Positions 1 through 12,776 of a stretch of 64,000 bases of DNA are shown here, piece after piece. The position numbers and the translations under genes were made by a program. Where the stretch lies: the NCBI GenBank assembly GCA_008632985.1, contig QPGO01000070.1, forward strand, positions 62,001 to 126,000, read 5' to 3'. How positions within the stretch are numbered: position 1 is the first letter of the stretch; every line of letters starts with the position of its first letter. This stretch comes from Psammoneis japonica. Taxonomy: Eukaryota. Under the pieces are notes generated by a model that was not told where the DNA came from, made no database searches, and was given only the letters and a program-made list of their open reading frames with translations.

Positions 1-444
1 CAGTAAAAAGACCTTCCACAAACATGCGTGCGTTCTCGCTTTCATTGTGAGGAGCACGTTGCGCTACGTCATCCGCTGATTTACAATTGTCTTGAGATAT
101 CAAATCGCAATATTGTTTCCAAGAAGTAGGCCTCAGAAATGTTTCAGCCATCTTTCTTCGATACTTTTCTCCCTGCATACCCAGATACGTGCCAAGCGTA
201 GGGTCTCGCTCCAAAGTGAACTTTGGTACATGCCAACCTTCCTGTGCAAAGATCCCCAGAGCTTGCGGATTCTCAAGCTGGCCCTCTATTACCAACTCGC
301 GAAACTCGGGCACATTGGTATCCCATCCCTCAGGAATCACATGGGCACAGGCCTGATAGCTTGTAGGGTCCCGGTTCACCAGTCGGCAATCCTCCACCTC
401 GGTAGCCATGGCCAGTACATCCCAATGGTTTGTCGCACCGTAAT
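1..444 (-). CDS. Partial exon of a receptor-type guanylate/adenylate cyclase-like ectodomain (periplasmic-binding-like); runs off the window start; possibly a 5'-truncated pseudogene
   Basis: Manual translation of the minus strand (absent from the ORF track): NYGATNHWDVLAMATEVEDC...LGIFAQEGWHVPKFTLERDPTLGTYLGMQGEKYRRKMAETFLRPTSWKQYCDLISQDNCKSADDVAQRAP...MFVEGLFT. It resembles, from recall, the N-terminal region of expanded diatom receptor-cyclase families. An in-frame TAA lies just upstream, and normal composition ends abruptly at ~480. Confidence 0.6.
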
Positions 445-3049
445 TTTAATCAATAACGTACATGTGTATCTATTCAGACAAATGCATCCTGCAAGCTGCA
501 CAGCAGCTTCAACAAAAAAATGAAGTGGAAATAAAAAATGGAAAACAGACAGAGATTTGGCAAGAGAAGGCAAATGTTTCAGTGCACGTGTGCCAACAAC
601 AACGCAACTTTTGACCGCACAGTGACTGCACCATGGACTCGGTCGCATGCAAATTGAGGATGGATCCACGGTGGTGAGGGCGGATGTTTGGGGGCAACGA
701 ATTTCCCGCACTTTGCCGTGTCATTTGGACCTCTCTCGGAACACCCCCAAACACTTGTGTGTTCGACCAACCCTCATCAGGGCTGTTAGACCACTGTGAG
801 AGCTGCATGTCTGAAGCTTCAAATGCCACTTGTCGGCCTGTGCCCTGTTGCTGCATTGAAGCTGCCGCTAAATTTCGCCAAAATCGCGGCGCAGTTGTGC
901 AGACAAGCGCCACAACTTTCCAGGAAATGCCGACCATTGGCATTTGACTGGCCACAGACACATCTGCAGTTGTTGAGCTGGAGATCACGCATGGTCATGA
1001 CCATCGCCAATGCACTTTGTGATGTCCCAGATGTGAACAAAGTTCGACCCATTGCTGGAATTTATTTTGGCGAATGCGTGTGCATTTTGTGCGATGAATT
1101 CGGGTTGTTTGCAAAAAATTGATGGGTCCACAAATGTCTGCCATCACCCCCATGGATCCATCGTCAACCGAAACTAGACTGGCAAGCGCTGAGTGTTTGT
1201 GTGGCACCACAAGGCAACAACATGAGGGTGCGCAGCCAGTCTGACGGCGTTGTTTGTTTTTTCATCGTCAGGGCCAAGGCAAATGGTGTGCTCCATTTCT
1301 GATGCATTCAGACACAAGGATTTTTGCTTGATCATGTCCTTTCATGCCAAAATGTTGCAGCATCTTTTGTGATGTTTGCCACAGTGGCAAGTGCCAAAGG
1401 CGTGCAGCGGCATTGGCCAATGAGCAAAAAAGGTGACAGCAATCTTTTGCAATGTTTGTCAAAGTTGTGAGAGCCAAAGATGCGCAGTGCTGGGAAGTGA
1501 GCAAAAGGCCACAGCATTTTTTGTGATGTTTGTCACAGCAGCAAGCTGAAGATTCGCAGAGTTGGGAAAACAGCACATGCCTTTGATCCGCTGTTGGTGC
1601 TGTTTTTTGTTTTTGTTCCAACATTTCTGTGTTTCTTGCTTTTTCACACAGTTGAGGGTGATTTTTGCGTGCCACTTCACTGCTGAAAGAAGAGGTCACA
1701 GTTTTTTTTGCAGCAACACCAATGTGACAAGGAGGGCCTCCTCAGCAATGGTGACAGAGTGCTTTGGCACATTGTTGACCCCAGGTCTCTTGCACACCAT
1801 GCTGTTGCACCTTGACAGCTGTCAGCATGCGGGCAGCAGCAGCAACAACAAGATCAGCAGTGCAGCAGGTGACTGAGCAGCATCAGGGTCAGCAACAGCT
1901 TGTGGCAGTGGAGCCATGGTGATGAGAGTGAAAGAGAGCAGACAACCTTGATCTTGAAGCAGAAGCTGTTTGCTTTTTGTTCTTTCAGCTCTTTCAGACT
2001 TGGACTTGCTGTGTTGCTTGGCTGGCAATGGCTTGTGACTGCGCTGGGCCAACCTCATCTTGAAACTTGACAGTTGTGTGTTTTCTCCATTTGACGCTGA
2101 GCGCTCTGGTTGTTTGGTGACTCAAGTTCCTGCAATCAGTGTGTGATGTTGACCCTCTTCCCCACAAGAGGTCTTGATTTTCATCTTTGCTTTTGAATCT
2201 TTTGCAGCAGAGAAGACTGTGGTTGATGGCCAGCATCAGGCTTGTTGGGCTCTCTCATGAAAGTCTTGCTTGTCTCTCTTTCTTGCAAGAGATCTCAGTG
2301 TCTTTGTGTTCTTTGTTCTTGTTTTGAGTCTTTTGTGATGGAGAAGGTGTGTGGCAGTTTGGAGCTGCACCTGGCACAAAGTGGCAATGCAGTGACTTGA
2401 GTTTCTTGTCCCAGCCTTGGAAGTCCTTTTCCTTGGTGGAGGTGGCAGCTGTGTTTTTTCATCAGTGTGTGAGAACAGCTCCATCATTTGTTGGAAAAAG
2501 GCACACATGTTGGAGCCCCAGCAAGCAAGTTTGGCTGGTCTCACCTTTTGACAGAGGAAACAAGCCCAGAAACAGTTTGAAAACACCCAGCTGTCATTGT
2601 TGTTAAATGACCACAAGTCTGAAATTGTGGCTAAAAAGCAAGTGTCACAAATGACAACTCTGCAAGAACACAGCCAGTGACAGCATGACAGACCCTTTTG
2701 CAATTGACTGTTGAGGCTTGTTTGGTCTCCACCAACAATGCACAGCCACAAAAAAGCTTGTGCTGCAGTCCCTGCCATGCCCTGTGTTTGGCCAAACCAA
2801 ATGACTTGTGAAATTTGAATGCACGCTGAAATTCTGGCATGTGACCTCCGCATGACCACATTTCTGGCATGTGGAGAGTGTGAGCCAGGCACAGCACATG
2901 CTGCTTGGGAGGGCAAGATGTCATGTGTCAAGCTGCATGCTGCTGGTGGTGGTTGCACACAAGAATGCAGCTGGCAATGGAGCTGCAAGTGCAGATTTTG
3001 CCCTCTCTAGAGAGCTGGCATCTGATGATGCCAGTGTGCTGAGAAACAG

Positions 3050-3830
3050 GCTTTCCCAGATTTTCACCTCTCTGGCTGCATCAATGGAGCAGAGAGTGAA
3101 AGCAAGAGAGTGTCCATGCTGGAGCACTTGCGCTGCATGTGACTCAAGAGGTGGATGTTTTGGATGTTGACCACACTTGAGTTTCAGTTTGGACCCACCA
3201 TGACAGCATCTTTCTTGGTTGGACAAACAGCTTGTGCCATTCCATGATGACTTTCCTTGTGTCCACTTGTGGACATTCTGTGCACACTTTTTCACAAGCC
3301 TGTTTTGCTCATTCAAAGCAACTGCCACATTCTGCCTGCCAAAAAACAAGAAGAGATCTCATCAATGTGGTCATGTGAGTCAAGGCAGGAGTGACAAGGC
3401 ATTCCAACTAAATCCAGCTGAAGGCAGCAACAACAGCACATGGGAAGTGGGAAAATTCACAAAGCAGAGTTTCAGCCACACAGCTGAGCAAGTTGCTTGT
3501 GACTGATTTTGAGAAACACAAAGCTCAAATTTGTCAGTGCATGTTTTCAGAGCTTGCTGTTGCTCAATCACAACAATGTCCTCCTGCAAAGAGCTTGCCC
3601 AAAACATTTTGGTTTTCTGCAAGAAGGAAGACAGGGAAAAACTTGGCTGCACTGTGCAGCCAGACTTTGACAATCAGAGACGACAGTGATGGGCTGTGGC
3701 AAGCTGAAAAATTGACTCACACATGGAGCTGTCACAACCACCTTCACCGGACATGATGTTGTTTGCTTGCTGCTTGTTGTTAAAGCATGCTTTGGGTGGC
3801 AACTGGCAAGGCCATCATCACAGCAAAATG
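3050..3830 (-). pseudogene. Decayed paralogue of the 3' two-thirds of the neighbouring Rer1-fusion gene
   Basis: Collinear similarity to 4843-5590, e.g. ttccatgatgactttccttgtgtccacttgtgga vs ttccatgatgactgtcaagtctacttgtgga, and cacatgggaagtggga vs cacatgggaagtaggg. It carries stops and frameshifts. Confidence 0.8.
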
Positions 3831-4159
3831 AAGGTGCCAACAGCAGCACATTTGTGCAGGTTGGTCACATTCCATTGTTTGGGTTTGCCCGCCTCTGGAT
3901 GGATGAATGCATGAAAACCCAGCGGGTTGACACAGGGTGCATGTTGACAAAATTCTGTGCTGAGCACATTGACAAATCCAGCACCTCACAAATCACAAAA
4001 AAGCAAAAAAGCCCAAATTGTCATGTCACATTTTTTCCCCATTTTTAGCACCTTTTCAAAAATCGAGGACCTTCCTCATTTGGGGGGGTGCAACCTCCCC
4101 TGTTTGTTTCACATGATGTGCTTGTGGAAAGAGCCCAAAACAAGAAACCATGCTTTTGA

Positions 4160-4520
4160 TGAGTGGGACCTTGTGGTGTTGGACAGTGGTGTGGCAGAAC
4201 ACTTTTTTTGATCATGCAATGTGTGGTGCAAATGTTCACTTCTGCTTGTGCTTTTTTGCAAAAGTTGTTTTGCACACTCTGTTTTGCAAAGCCAAAGGAT
4301 TTCTGTTTTGGCTGTCCCGAGAACAAAACCAGGCTGGACATTTTCTTTGACACCTCAAGAAAACACCTGGGTGCACCACAAATGATTTGCTTCATGAGTT
4401 TGTTTGTGATCCCAAAATTGCCTCTTTTGTTTCTGTTGGCAATTGTTGATTTGTTCATCACCTGACAACTTTGCTGCAGAGCTTGAGTGCAGCACTCTGC
4501 AGGCCCAACATCACATGGCC
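4160..4520. mobile_element. Fully decayed copy of MITE family A
   Basis: Matches the interior and right end of the 21607-22005 copy (ctgttttgcaaagccaaagg; aaaattgcctctttt; ctctgcaggcccaacatcacatgg). Termini are eroded. Confidence 0.7.
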
Positions 4521-4874
4521 CTCATTCATTCTAAAAAAAAGACCAGTCTGGTGTCTGAGTCTCTTGCAAGTTTGTTGACCTTGATGTGTCAGACAATCTT
4601 GCAAAGAAACTGGTTGGAAGCCGGGCTGTGCCTCCATTGAGCGCTCAACCAACGACATTTATTGCGCCTCACACTGTCGTGGTTGTTTTTTTGGGGTGCT
4701 GAGCACAGGCCGTGCGGCCTCGAAATGCAGAATTTTTGAAGGTGATGGAAATCTAGAACGGTGATGATTTTCTTTTGAAGTGCTGATAGGTGCTACATAT
4801 TGTAGCTATGTTGCTATATCGACGCTGAGAAGTGGGGTCTACCAGATTCTGCACCTCTCTAGCTGCATATAGTG

Positions 4875-5937
4875 TTAGAGATCGAGAGCGAGAGCATCCA
4901 TGCTAGAGCATTCATTATATGTGTGATCCAGAAGCGGATCTGTTGCGCTTGTGTTTGGATTTGGACCCGTCTCAGTGTCTTTCTCGGTTGTTCGAACTTC
5001 AACGACCAGTTTCCACCGTTCCATGATGACTGTCAAGTCTACTTGTGGATGTGCCGCATGCACTTCTTCACAGACCTGTTTCACTCGTTCGGAGCAACTA
5101 GTCCGTTCGGCCTGGTGAAGAATGTGAAGAGATCGCAAAAGTACTATCGTATAAATCAGCACAGGGACATTGCATGACAACCAAATCCAAAAGTAGCGGT
5201 GACATTCCCGATTTGGATTTGGCACACATGGGAAGTAGGGAGATTCATAGATCGGAGTGACAGCCACATGGCTGAGCATGTTGCTTATGAACAATTTCAA
5301 GCAGAAAGCCCAAGTTTGTTGGCGCAGACTCTGAGAGCACACCATTGCTCCTTCAATATCTTGTAAAAAGCTCATCCAGGAGGTTTGACTCATTTTCAAG
5401 AAGGGAGGGACAAACTTGATTGCGCTCCACGGTAGGATTTTAACAATCGAAAACGACGGCGAGCCTTGACGAATTGAGAGATGGATCAACACGGAACCAT
5501 CACAATCACCTTCACTGGGCACAATATGTGCTGCTCGTCGTTGAAGAATGGTTTGAATGGCAACTACCAAAGCCAGTATCGCAAAATACCCCAACAGAAT
5601 CTGCCAAAAGACAGGGACGTCAAATATGGAGAAAAATGTCATCACTAGCGAAACGACAATAGCTCTTGTGCTGTTGAACCAAAACGTGAATTCCGGCATT
5701 CGACGGGGCTGCTCGTCGGTTGTTGACGCCGTCCTGGGATCATTGAGGGGACTCCAAAACCAAGCGCCTTGTGCCATCAACACAACTCCCAAAGCGTACG
5801 CAACAACGTAGAAGCCGCCATGAAGTACCCAAAAGACGCGTGCCACAAACATTCCAAGCAAAAGCAAGGAAAACATCCAACGCGCAGTCACATAATTGGC
5901 AGTCTTATCTTTGATGCATTGATGGCAACGGCTGACT
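4875..5937 (-). CDS. Rer1-like ER-retrieval receptor domain fused to an unassigned ~200-aa C-terminal domain; upstream exon not identified
   Basis: Rer1 hallmarks DK...VTARW, GFYVVAYALG, RRMPEFTFW, FSIFDVPVFWQIL. The frame stays open upstream of the GTG to a likely acceptor (ctcacacag) at ~5937. Confidence 0.75.
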
Positions 5938-6249
5938 GTGTGAGTAGGAAGAAAGAAATGAACATCAATTTTCTATCGTGAGATCTGTGTCGGTTATATT
6001 TTAAAACGTGCCTTCAAAAAGAGTAGCTTCAATTTCCGCATGCACCTGAGTCTTCAACACGTTTTGAATACATGGTTACAAACACTCGTTCCATTCCTGC
6101 TCTGCTCGTCAGTGTTTCCAGTTTCGAAGCGCAACAATCAAAGCAACATATGAAATACCGTGCCTGCAAGCCTGCAGTAAGATCAATATGCCATGTGCAC
6201 TGGTACAAAAATCACGTAGATATTCTACGTAGAAAAAATTATAAAAATT

Positions 6250-6657
6250 AGGGTTTGGGCCGATTTTTTCTCCTGCTTCTACCGTGCTTCTCTGCTCCAC
6301 CGACGCCTCAAGGAATCGTTTTCCCCTGAAACCATTGACACTTTACAAGATGACTTTTACATAAGTAACACGATTCTGTGCGTGAACACTTCAAAATTCC
6401 ATTTTCAGAAATTCGATCAACACTTCACCACGGTACCACCACGGTAAACATTTTCCAATGATGGAATTTTGCCGAACGGTGGACATCGTCGTGTTTGTCA
6501 TCAAAAAGTAAGTACGCAAAGTGTCAACCGTTATGACTGAAATCGATTCCTTGAGGTCGTGGCCTATTTTTCGCAAAGCACGGGAAAAGCACGACGAACA
6601 AGATATTCTACGCGAATTTTCTACGTGAGTTTTGTACCAGAAATCGGCCCAAACCCT
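6250..6657. mobile_element. MITE-like element with 17-bp perfect TIRs
   Basis: agggtttgggccgattt (6250-6266) and aaatcggcccaaaccct (6641-6657). The subterminal segment ctggtacaaaa.tcacgtaga also occurs inverted at ~6200-6220. Non-coding. Confidence 0.6.
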
Positions 6658-6769
6658 GTTTTTCGGGACTCATAACCCCTGCACATGGCTTATCAAGTCT
6701 GTACGTCCATCCGATAGCAAGCAACTTTTTCTATTCGTCGAACGCAACTCTTGCTTCTCTCGTCGTGTT

Positions 6770-9450
6770 ACACCGCGATAAATCCCATGGCATTCTGTTG
6801 CATGCCAACCTTGTTGCAGCTGTCCTGCTCTTAGAGCGTTTTCAATGGCTCTTTTATTCTACTCCTGTTGGTGAGCTCTTCGCTGTCAACGCGACACTCT
6901 GCAAAGCATTGTGTGGTCAGTGTCCCAGAGAATCATGTGCTGCTGGTGCTCTCAGCTCTGAGTTGCAGCCAACAAAAAGACTCTGTGCATCCAATGAAAT
7001 GCTCTTTAAAGTGTGACAACTTTGTCTTGGTGACATGTGTGCCCAATCTTGGCTCTGGGTTGCACCCAACAGAAGTGTTCAGTGGGTTGAACAGAAAAAC
7101 ACTTCACAAAGTGTTGTGTTGGTGTCTTTCAGGGAATCACGCATTTCTGCCAGAGAATCTCGTGCACGACCATGCAGCAGACAGCAGCCACTGCTTGAGC
7201 AACTCCCACACAGAGAAACCCAGCACCCCAGCTGTGTTGTGGCTGCATTTTTGAGGAGTGCCTGACTCTGATCATCATTGAATTTTTTCAGTCTGGTCGC
7301 GTCCGTCTCTCTGGGCCAGCTTTTCTTGGGAAACAGTTCTTGTTTCCACCAATTTGAAGCAAATGCTCTTCAGACTCCTGTGCTTCATGCTGGCATCTGT
7401 GTGGCAGAGCAAGTTCTTCACCTGGCAGGCAATTGTCATGGTTGCTTTCCTGTTTTTGTGATGAAAAAATGCCGCGCATCTCCCCTGTTGTGGAAAGGAG
7501 GCAGCTGCGGTCAACACGCAGACCTGGAGGGGGGGGGGGGCTTGCTGATCTGGAAAATGAAGGTTCACACATTTTGTTTTTTTAGGAGCCAATGGCTGGC
7601 AACTCTGCATTGAGACCCGGGTGCATCTCACCAAAAAATGTGTGCACTTGTGGGTCGCCATCAGCAGGTGGGGTCAGGTTGGGGCTGCCACACTTGAAGC
7701 TTCCACAGCGGATGGCACAAGCATGTCAAGCTTGTCAGCTTTGAAGGTGCACCCTTGTTGTGGCACCTGTTTTAGCTCTGCTGTTTGTTGGCTGTGGCAG
7801 CTGTCTGTCTTGTGGGTGTGCTTTTTGCAGCGCACAGATGTTGGCCAGCAAAAGTCCCGCGCTGGCTGACCCAAGAATTGCTTGTCTTTTTCAACTTTCT
7901 CTTTGAAGCTTTTTGCTGTTTCCCAATGAAAACAAACTTGTTTCATCTTTTGTGAGCCACACATGTTTCACAACTTGGTGGAGCACCTTTGCATGGCTGG
8001 TTGAGCCATGCTCCAGCTCAGGGGGTGTGCCAGGACGATGCCAGGTGCATGTGTGGGAGAGTTCTGCACGTGAGCTCCACAGCTCATGTGTGCACCAGAT
8101 GACAAGCACTTCTGTTTTTGATGTTAAAACAAACAACCATTTTTTTCAGTGCTGTCATGCCTCTTGACAGTCAGATTTTTTGAAAAGCTGCATCAGAGAA
8201 TGACACAAACACATGAAAAAATGCCAAAAGTTGCTGAGTGCATTGCCCAACAAATGCACTGCAAACAAGAGCAAAACAAGTCAGAAGTTGCCAAAACATG
8301 CACTCTGAATTTTGCGCTGAGACTTCAAAAAATGTTGGTGCCACAGCTCTGCCCCCTGCTGCAAAGCCCTGCCTGGAGCCAGAGTTCATGGAGTTTTGGG
8401 CAGGTTTGGTGCTGCTTTGTGTGTGCTTGTGGCTGAAACCCCTTCCATCTTAACCTCATCTCCTTTGTTCTCTCAGCTTGTCAGTTGAACAATTGGCTGG
8501 CAAGGTGCAAGCCTGTGTTCAAGGGCAGCACAGGATTGTGGGGCACACCATCCTGGAGAGCAAGGATGTTGTGCAAGGCACAAGCAAACAGGAACATCCA
8601 GTCACTTGGGATGGACACCATTTGACAACAATGACGCATGCTCTGGTTGGCTCTCACAACTGCTTTTCCCACATCTAAAAGATGGGTGCACCGGGAGTGT
8701 GGGGCCAGTTTCCCCTGTCAGAGGAGTTGCCATGGTCTTGATGCTGTTGTGGCTCTTGAACAACTGATTTTTGCCCAAAGCAAATTGGAGCAAATTCCAA
8801 CATTTGTTCAAAAGCCAATTTTGTGCCAGCATTGCTTGGGCTGTCCCACAAGCATGCTGTCTGGCAAGTTCATCATCTTGACATTGTCAGCATGTGTGCT
8901 GGGATGGGACTGGGCTGGCAACAATCCAGAACAAATGGCAGAGATCCAGTTGCAAGCAACTGGCAGCTGCAGGAGGAAAAGACAGCAAGGGCTGCCCAAG
9001 AGAGTGGTCAGAATGCAGAATTGTCTGCCCCACCAGGAAGCTGGCTGTTGCCCACCACTGCTGCATCTGCAGATGCTGAGCTCCATTCATGCAATGAAGA
9101 TGGCATCAAGTGGCATCAAGAATCTAGAGCAACAACAGTGCAAATGAGGAGAATGCAACAAACAACCACACTGCTTGTAATCAGAATGAGCCAGAGTTGG
9201 TTGGCCATCAGTTGGCAAGGATTCAATCCTCGAGGACAATGGCTTCCTTGGGCCATGCAGTTAAAAACATGGATTCCAGAGACTGCATGGACTGTCTCTT
9301 TCTCGAGAATGCTCTGATTTTTTTAGAGCACAAGCGACGTGCTCCCATGGCCAAATGAGGATGACATCAAGGAGCTCTGCCCAAAGCAATGAGGGGTGTG
9401 GGCAAAACTTTGAGGGGGGCAACGAAGTGCTGAGATTTGGTCAACACACA
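6770..9450. other. TpA/CpG-depleted block 2
   Basis: Same dinucleotide signature; all ORFs here are essentially Tyr-free and Cys/His/Gln-rich. Confidence 0.9.
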
Positions 9451-9570
9451 TGTTATTCTATTCATTGCGTTTGATCAAGCTACAAGAAAAAGTGTGCTGA
9501 GGGAATCAGCTGAACGGGAGACGGGCAATTCTTATTTTGAAGACTGAGTTTACGGAATAGAATTATCTTC

Positions 9571-12181
9571 CTATGCACCCCCAGCACAACCCGAGAGTTC
9601 CGGGCATTGGTTTTGACATACATCCGAAATCTTTTTTCCAGTAATTCGTTCCTTCAAATGACAGAATTTGTTGGGATTTTTGGCGATTCGAGAACATGGA
9701 ACTAACCTAATTGCATCAGGTGTTTGGCCCACACCTGTGTACTCTACGATAGTTGATGGAGAGTTGTCGCAGGTTGATGGTGTACTTTTTGATAAAGCTT
9801 TCGCCTTCTTAGCCGCCTTATCACCTCCCATGGGTGTTGCCTTTTTAGTGGGAGGTGGTGTTGCTTTTTGAGTGGGAGGTGGTGTAGGAGCTGGTGCCGC
9901 CTCTTTTTCACTACCAGCGCCACAGAATTTGGCGCATTGATTTGGACACACATCCAAGATCTTCTTGCCTGTGATTCGTTCCTTCAAATTACAGAATTTG
10001 TTAGGATTCTTGGCGATTCGAGCACATGGAACTAATCTGATTTCATGAGGGTCTTGGCCCACTCCAGTGTACTCGACCATAGTTGCTGGAGAATTATCGC
10101 AGCCCGAAGATAGACTTTTTGCCTTGATATTATTTGGCTTTTCACCTTCTCCAAGAAAGTCGACCTTGACAGTCATCGTGCTGCTCACTTCACCTACTTC
10201 AATGCTAATTCCGGTCCATTTTTCTACTCCTGTGGAGTACGCGTTGGTGTTTGGGTAGGGAGATTTCCCACCACCGTTCTTCGTGACTCCGTCGGGGCCG
10301 ATGCGATAAGCAGTTGCCGAACTTTTGCTGTGTGTGTGCGATGGATCGTACCTAAAGAGATCAGATTCGTCACCCCAGTTTTCATTCTTCTCGAGGTGAT
10401 ACATACCATCGCCTTGCAACAGCGCTAAACGGTAATGATGGTATGGGTACTTGGTGTCTTGCGGATGCCCTTGAGACTTGTGACTGATGTGCGACATCGT
10501 TCCTGTTTCATCCACGTGCCAAATTGCGATGCCACCCCTGTACATCTGAATGCCACTAGGATGATTGAGCTCAGCATCACATCCGCATGCATATCTGTGT
10601 TCGATGAGCAAGAATTCGCCCTTGGGCATGTTGTGTGTGATTTTGTACACCTTGTCGAACGAGCAAGACGGACCAACCTTGAGGACTGTGGACTTGGAAA
10701 CTGTTTCCACGTCAACCCAACGGAGTGCCATCTTGCCCCACGCACTAATAAGTGGCGGCATCAACTGGGTTCCTCCCCATCCCCATGCTTGTCCTAAAAC
10801 AAAAAGATAAAGTGATAAATACAGTTCATTGTGTCAGAAACAAGTTCTTGAGGAGAGCTTGAAGACTCGATAGACGGACTCACCCATCATATCGAAAGTC
10901 CCGACACCTTTTGAATCTGTGTCATATAGATCAGGCAAGCCCAGGAAATGACTACATTCAAGCACATCAAATGCTAATGAGAGAACCGGGGCTCGATAGG
11001 TGATACTGTGATGCCAATCGCGATACTTAACACTGAAACACTTACCTACACTCGTGCGTTATCACGCCTAAATCGTTCAAGCATAAACAGCTGATGAGAG
11101 AACCGATCTTGTCTAAACATCAGTGATTCCAATCACGACATTTCACTTTGAAACACTTACCAATGCGAGCTATATCCCATCGCTTTCCTTTCCCACCAGG
11201 AGCACAGTTACCCCAGAGTCCAGAAGCAACATAGTATCGGTCAATGGTTATTCCATCTTTGCTTTTGAAGAACTTGCCGTTGTGTGCGTGGGACCATATC
11301 CTATGCTCAGGGTCTTTCTTTGGATCCTCACAATCTACGCCGCCAAACTCCGATCCTGCGCCAGAGTGCATAATAACAACGGCATCAAAATACTTGTTCC
11401 CATCCCTATCAAACTTTCGCAAATCAATGTCGCGACTTGTGTCGAGATAGTTCATGGCTTCTCTCCATGTATCGAGAGTGCCTGGTCGTGCCAAACCCCT
11501 TCGATCACCGACGGTTTGCGCTTCCGTGCGTTTCACTGGTATCCACGGAGTTACAATGGTTTTCAGTTTGAACCTTCCATAGGAATTTTGCAGAAAGATA
11601 TCAGCAACCGAACCGGTAGGAGCGATGTTGCTTTTGCCCGTAGTCCCGCCAACCTTGTTAAACAACGTATCGTAATCGGTGGTTGTTGGCAAATCACGAG
11701 ACTTGTGATCAGAGAACCGCACCATCACGGCAAGGTTAATCAGCTCGCACGGATTGGTCTTTGAACTTTGAAAGTTACATAGTTTGCTTCCCGGGACCTC
11801 CAATAGCCCCCGACGTTCGATAGTATGATCAAATTCAGAGTATGGAGACTTGGTTCTCTCCATGTCATTTTTGCTGTCGTCCGTCAGATGAGGTTGTAAA
11901 CCAAGCTTTCTGGGATTCGATTTCCCAACTCGCGCCCCGCTGGACACAAGAGCGCCATCTTCTTTTCGAGCATACACGTACCATCCTCGCTCATCTCGAA
12001 TGACAGTGTATCCTTTTGGATCCTCTGTCCAGCTGTAGAACTCATCCCCGAGCAGCTGTAGAGGAGGGGTTTTGGATCCGTCGGGTTGCTCATATTTAGC
12101 AGGTTTCGGATTTGCGGAGATGGCATAGCAGCCACTGGCAAGAGCCGCTGCGAGAAAAAGCCGCAAGTAGATTCCTCTCAT
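9571..12181 (-). CDS. Secreted M6-family (immune inhibitor A-like) zinc metalloprotease; 4 exons: 12181-11161, 11067-11046, 10951-10884, 10793-9571
   Basis: Signal peptide; M6 propeptide motif (QPDG...GDEF); TGSVADIFLQNSYG; HSGAGSE; IWSH. Splicing at GT-AG sites rebuilds IGVITHECSHFLGLPDLYD...GTFDMMG (HExxH plus Met-turn). Two Cys-rich ~55-aa C-terminal repeats. Confidence 0.92.
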
Positions 12182-12776
12182 TGCCTCTCGCTGTTTTGCG
12201 AAAGCCTCTGACGATCGATCAGAGAAGCGTCAAGGAAAAATGTGACCCCGGGAAATTTTGCGTTGTTGTCGATGCACAAAGAGTGTGCCTTTCTCTCTTC
12301 TATCAGCACCTGCGGGAAATTTGAAAATTTGAAGAGCATGACCGACAATACTCCCTGATATTTTAGGGAAATGAATATCTCCATATTGTAGATGATTAAA
12401 AATATATTAATTTATATGCACGTGAATAAATCCAATGTCTTTGCTTCAGTGACTATGACCAAATGAAAAATATCTCTTATTACAAAAACGGTGTCCATCC
12501 GTTACCTATTGCCAAATCATGATAGTTCGTCATTCTTTTATTTTTAATATATATTTCATCATTAAAATATGAGTATGCAGGTATTTCAGTAGCAGACAGA
12601 ATTCGTAATGACCCGTGTTATTTGGTGATTTGTGAAAGACATTCTGTGACGCGTTTCGGGCGGGCGGCGGCTGGAGGGAATCAATCCTTTCTCCCCCCCC
12701 CGCCCGCAGCACCGCACCCGCAAAGAAAGCCCAAAAAATCTTCGACGTGTAGTGTGTGTTTTGTGTGCTATCGACG

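Larger units (their letters stand above)
481..4700. other. TpA/CpG-depleted (hypermutated) block 1
   Basis: TpA nearly absent, with survivors in ctag/ttaa/ctaa/ttag. TG/CA is in large excess. CpG is still common in 481-1250 and rare further in. Confidence 0.9.

Noticed and set aside
92..523. Plus-strand 143-aa ORF
   Set aside because: Antisense shadow of the minus-strand cyclase-like exon.
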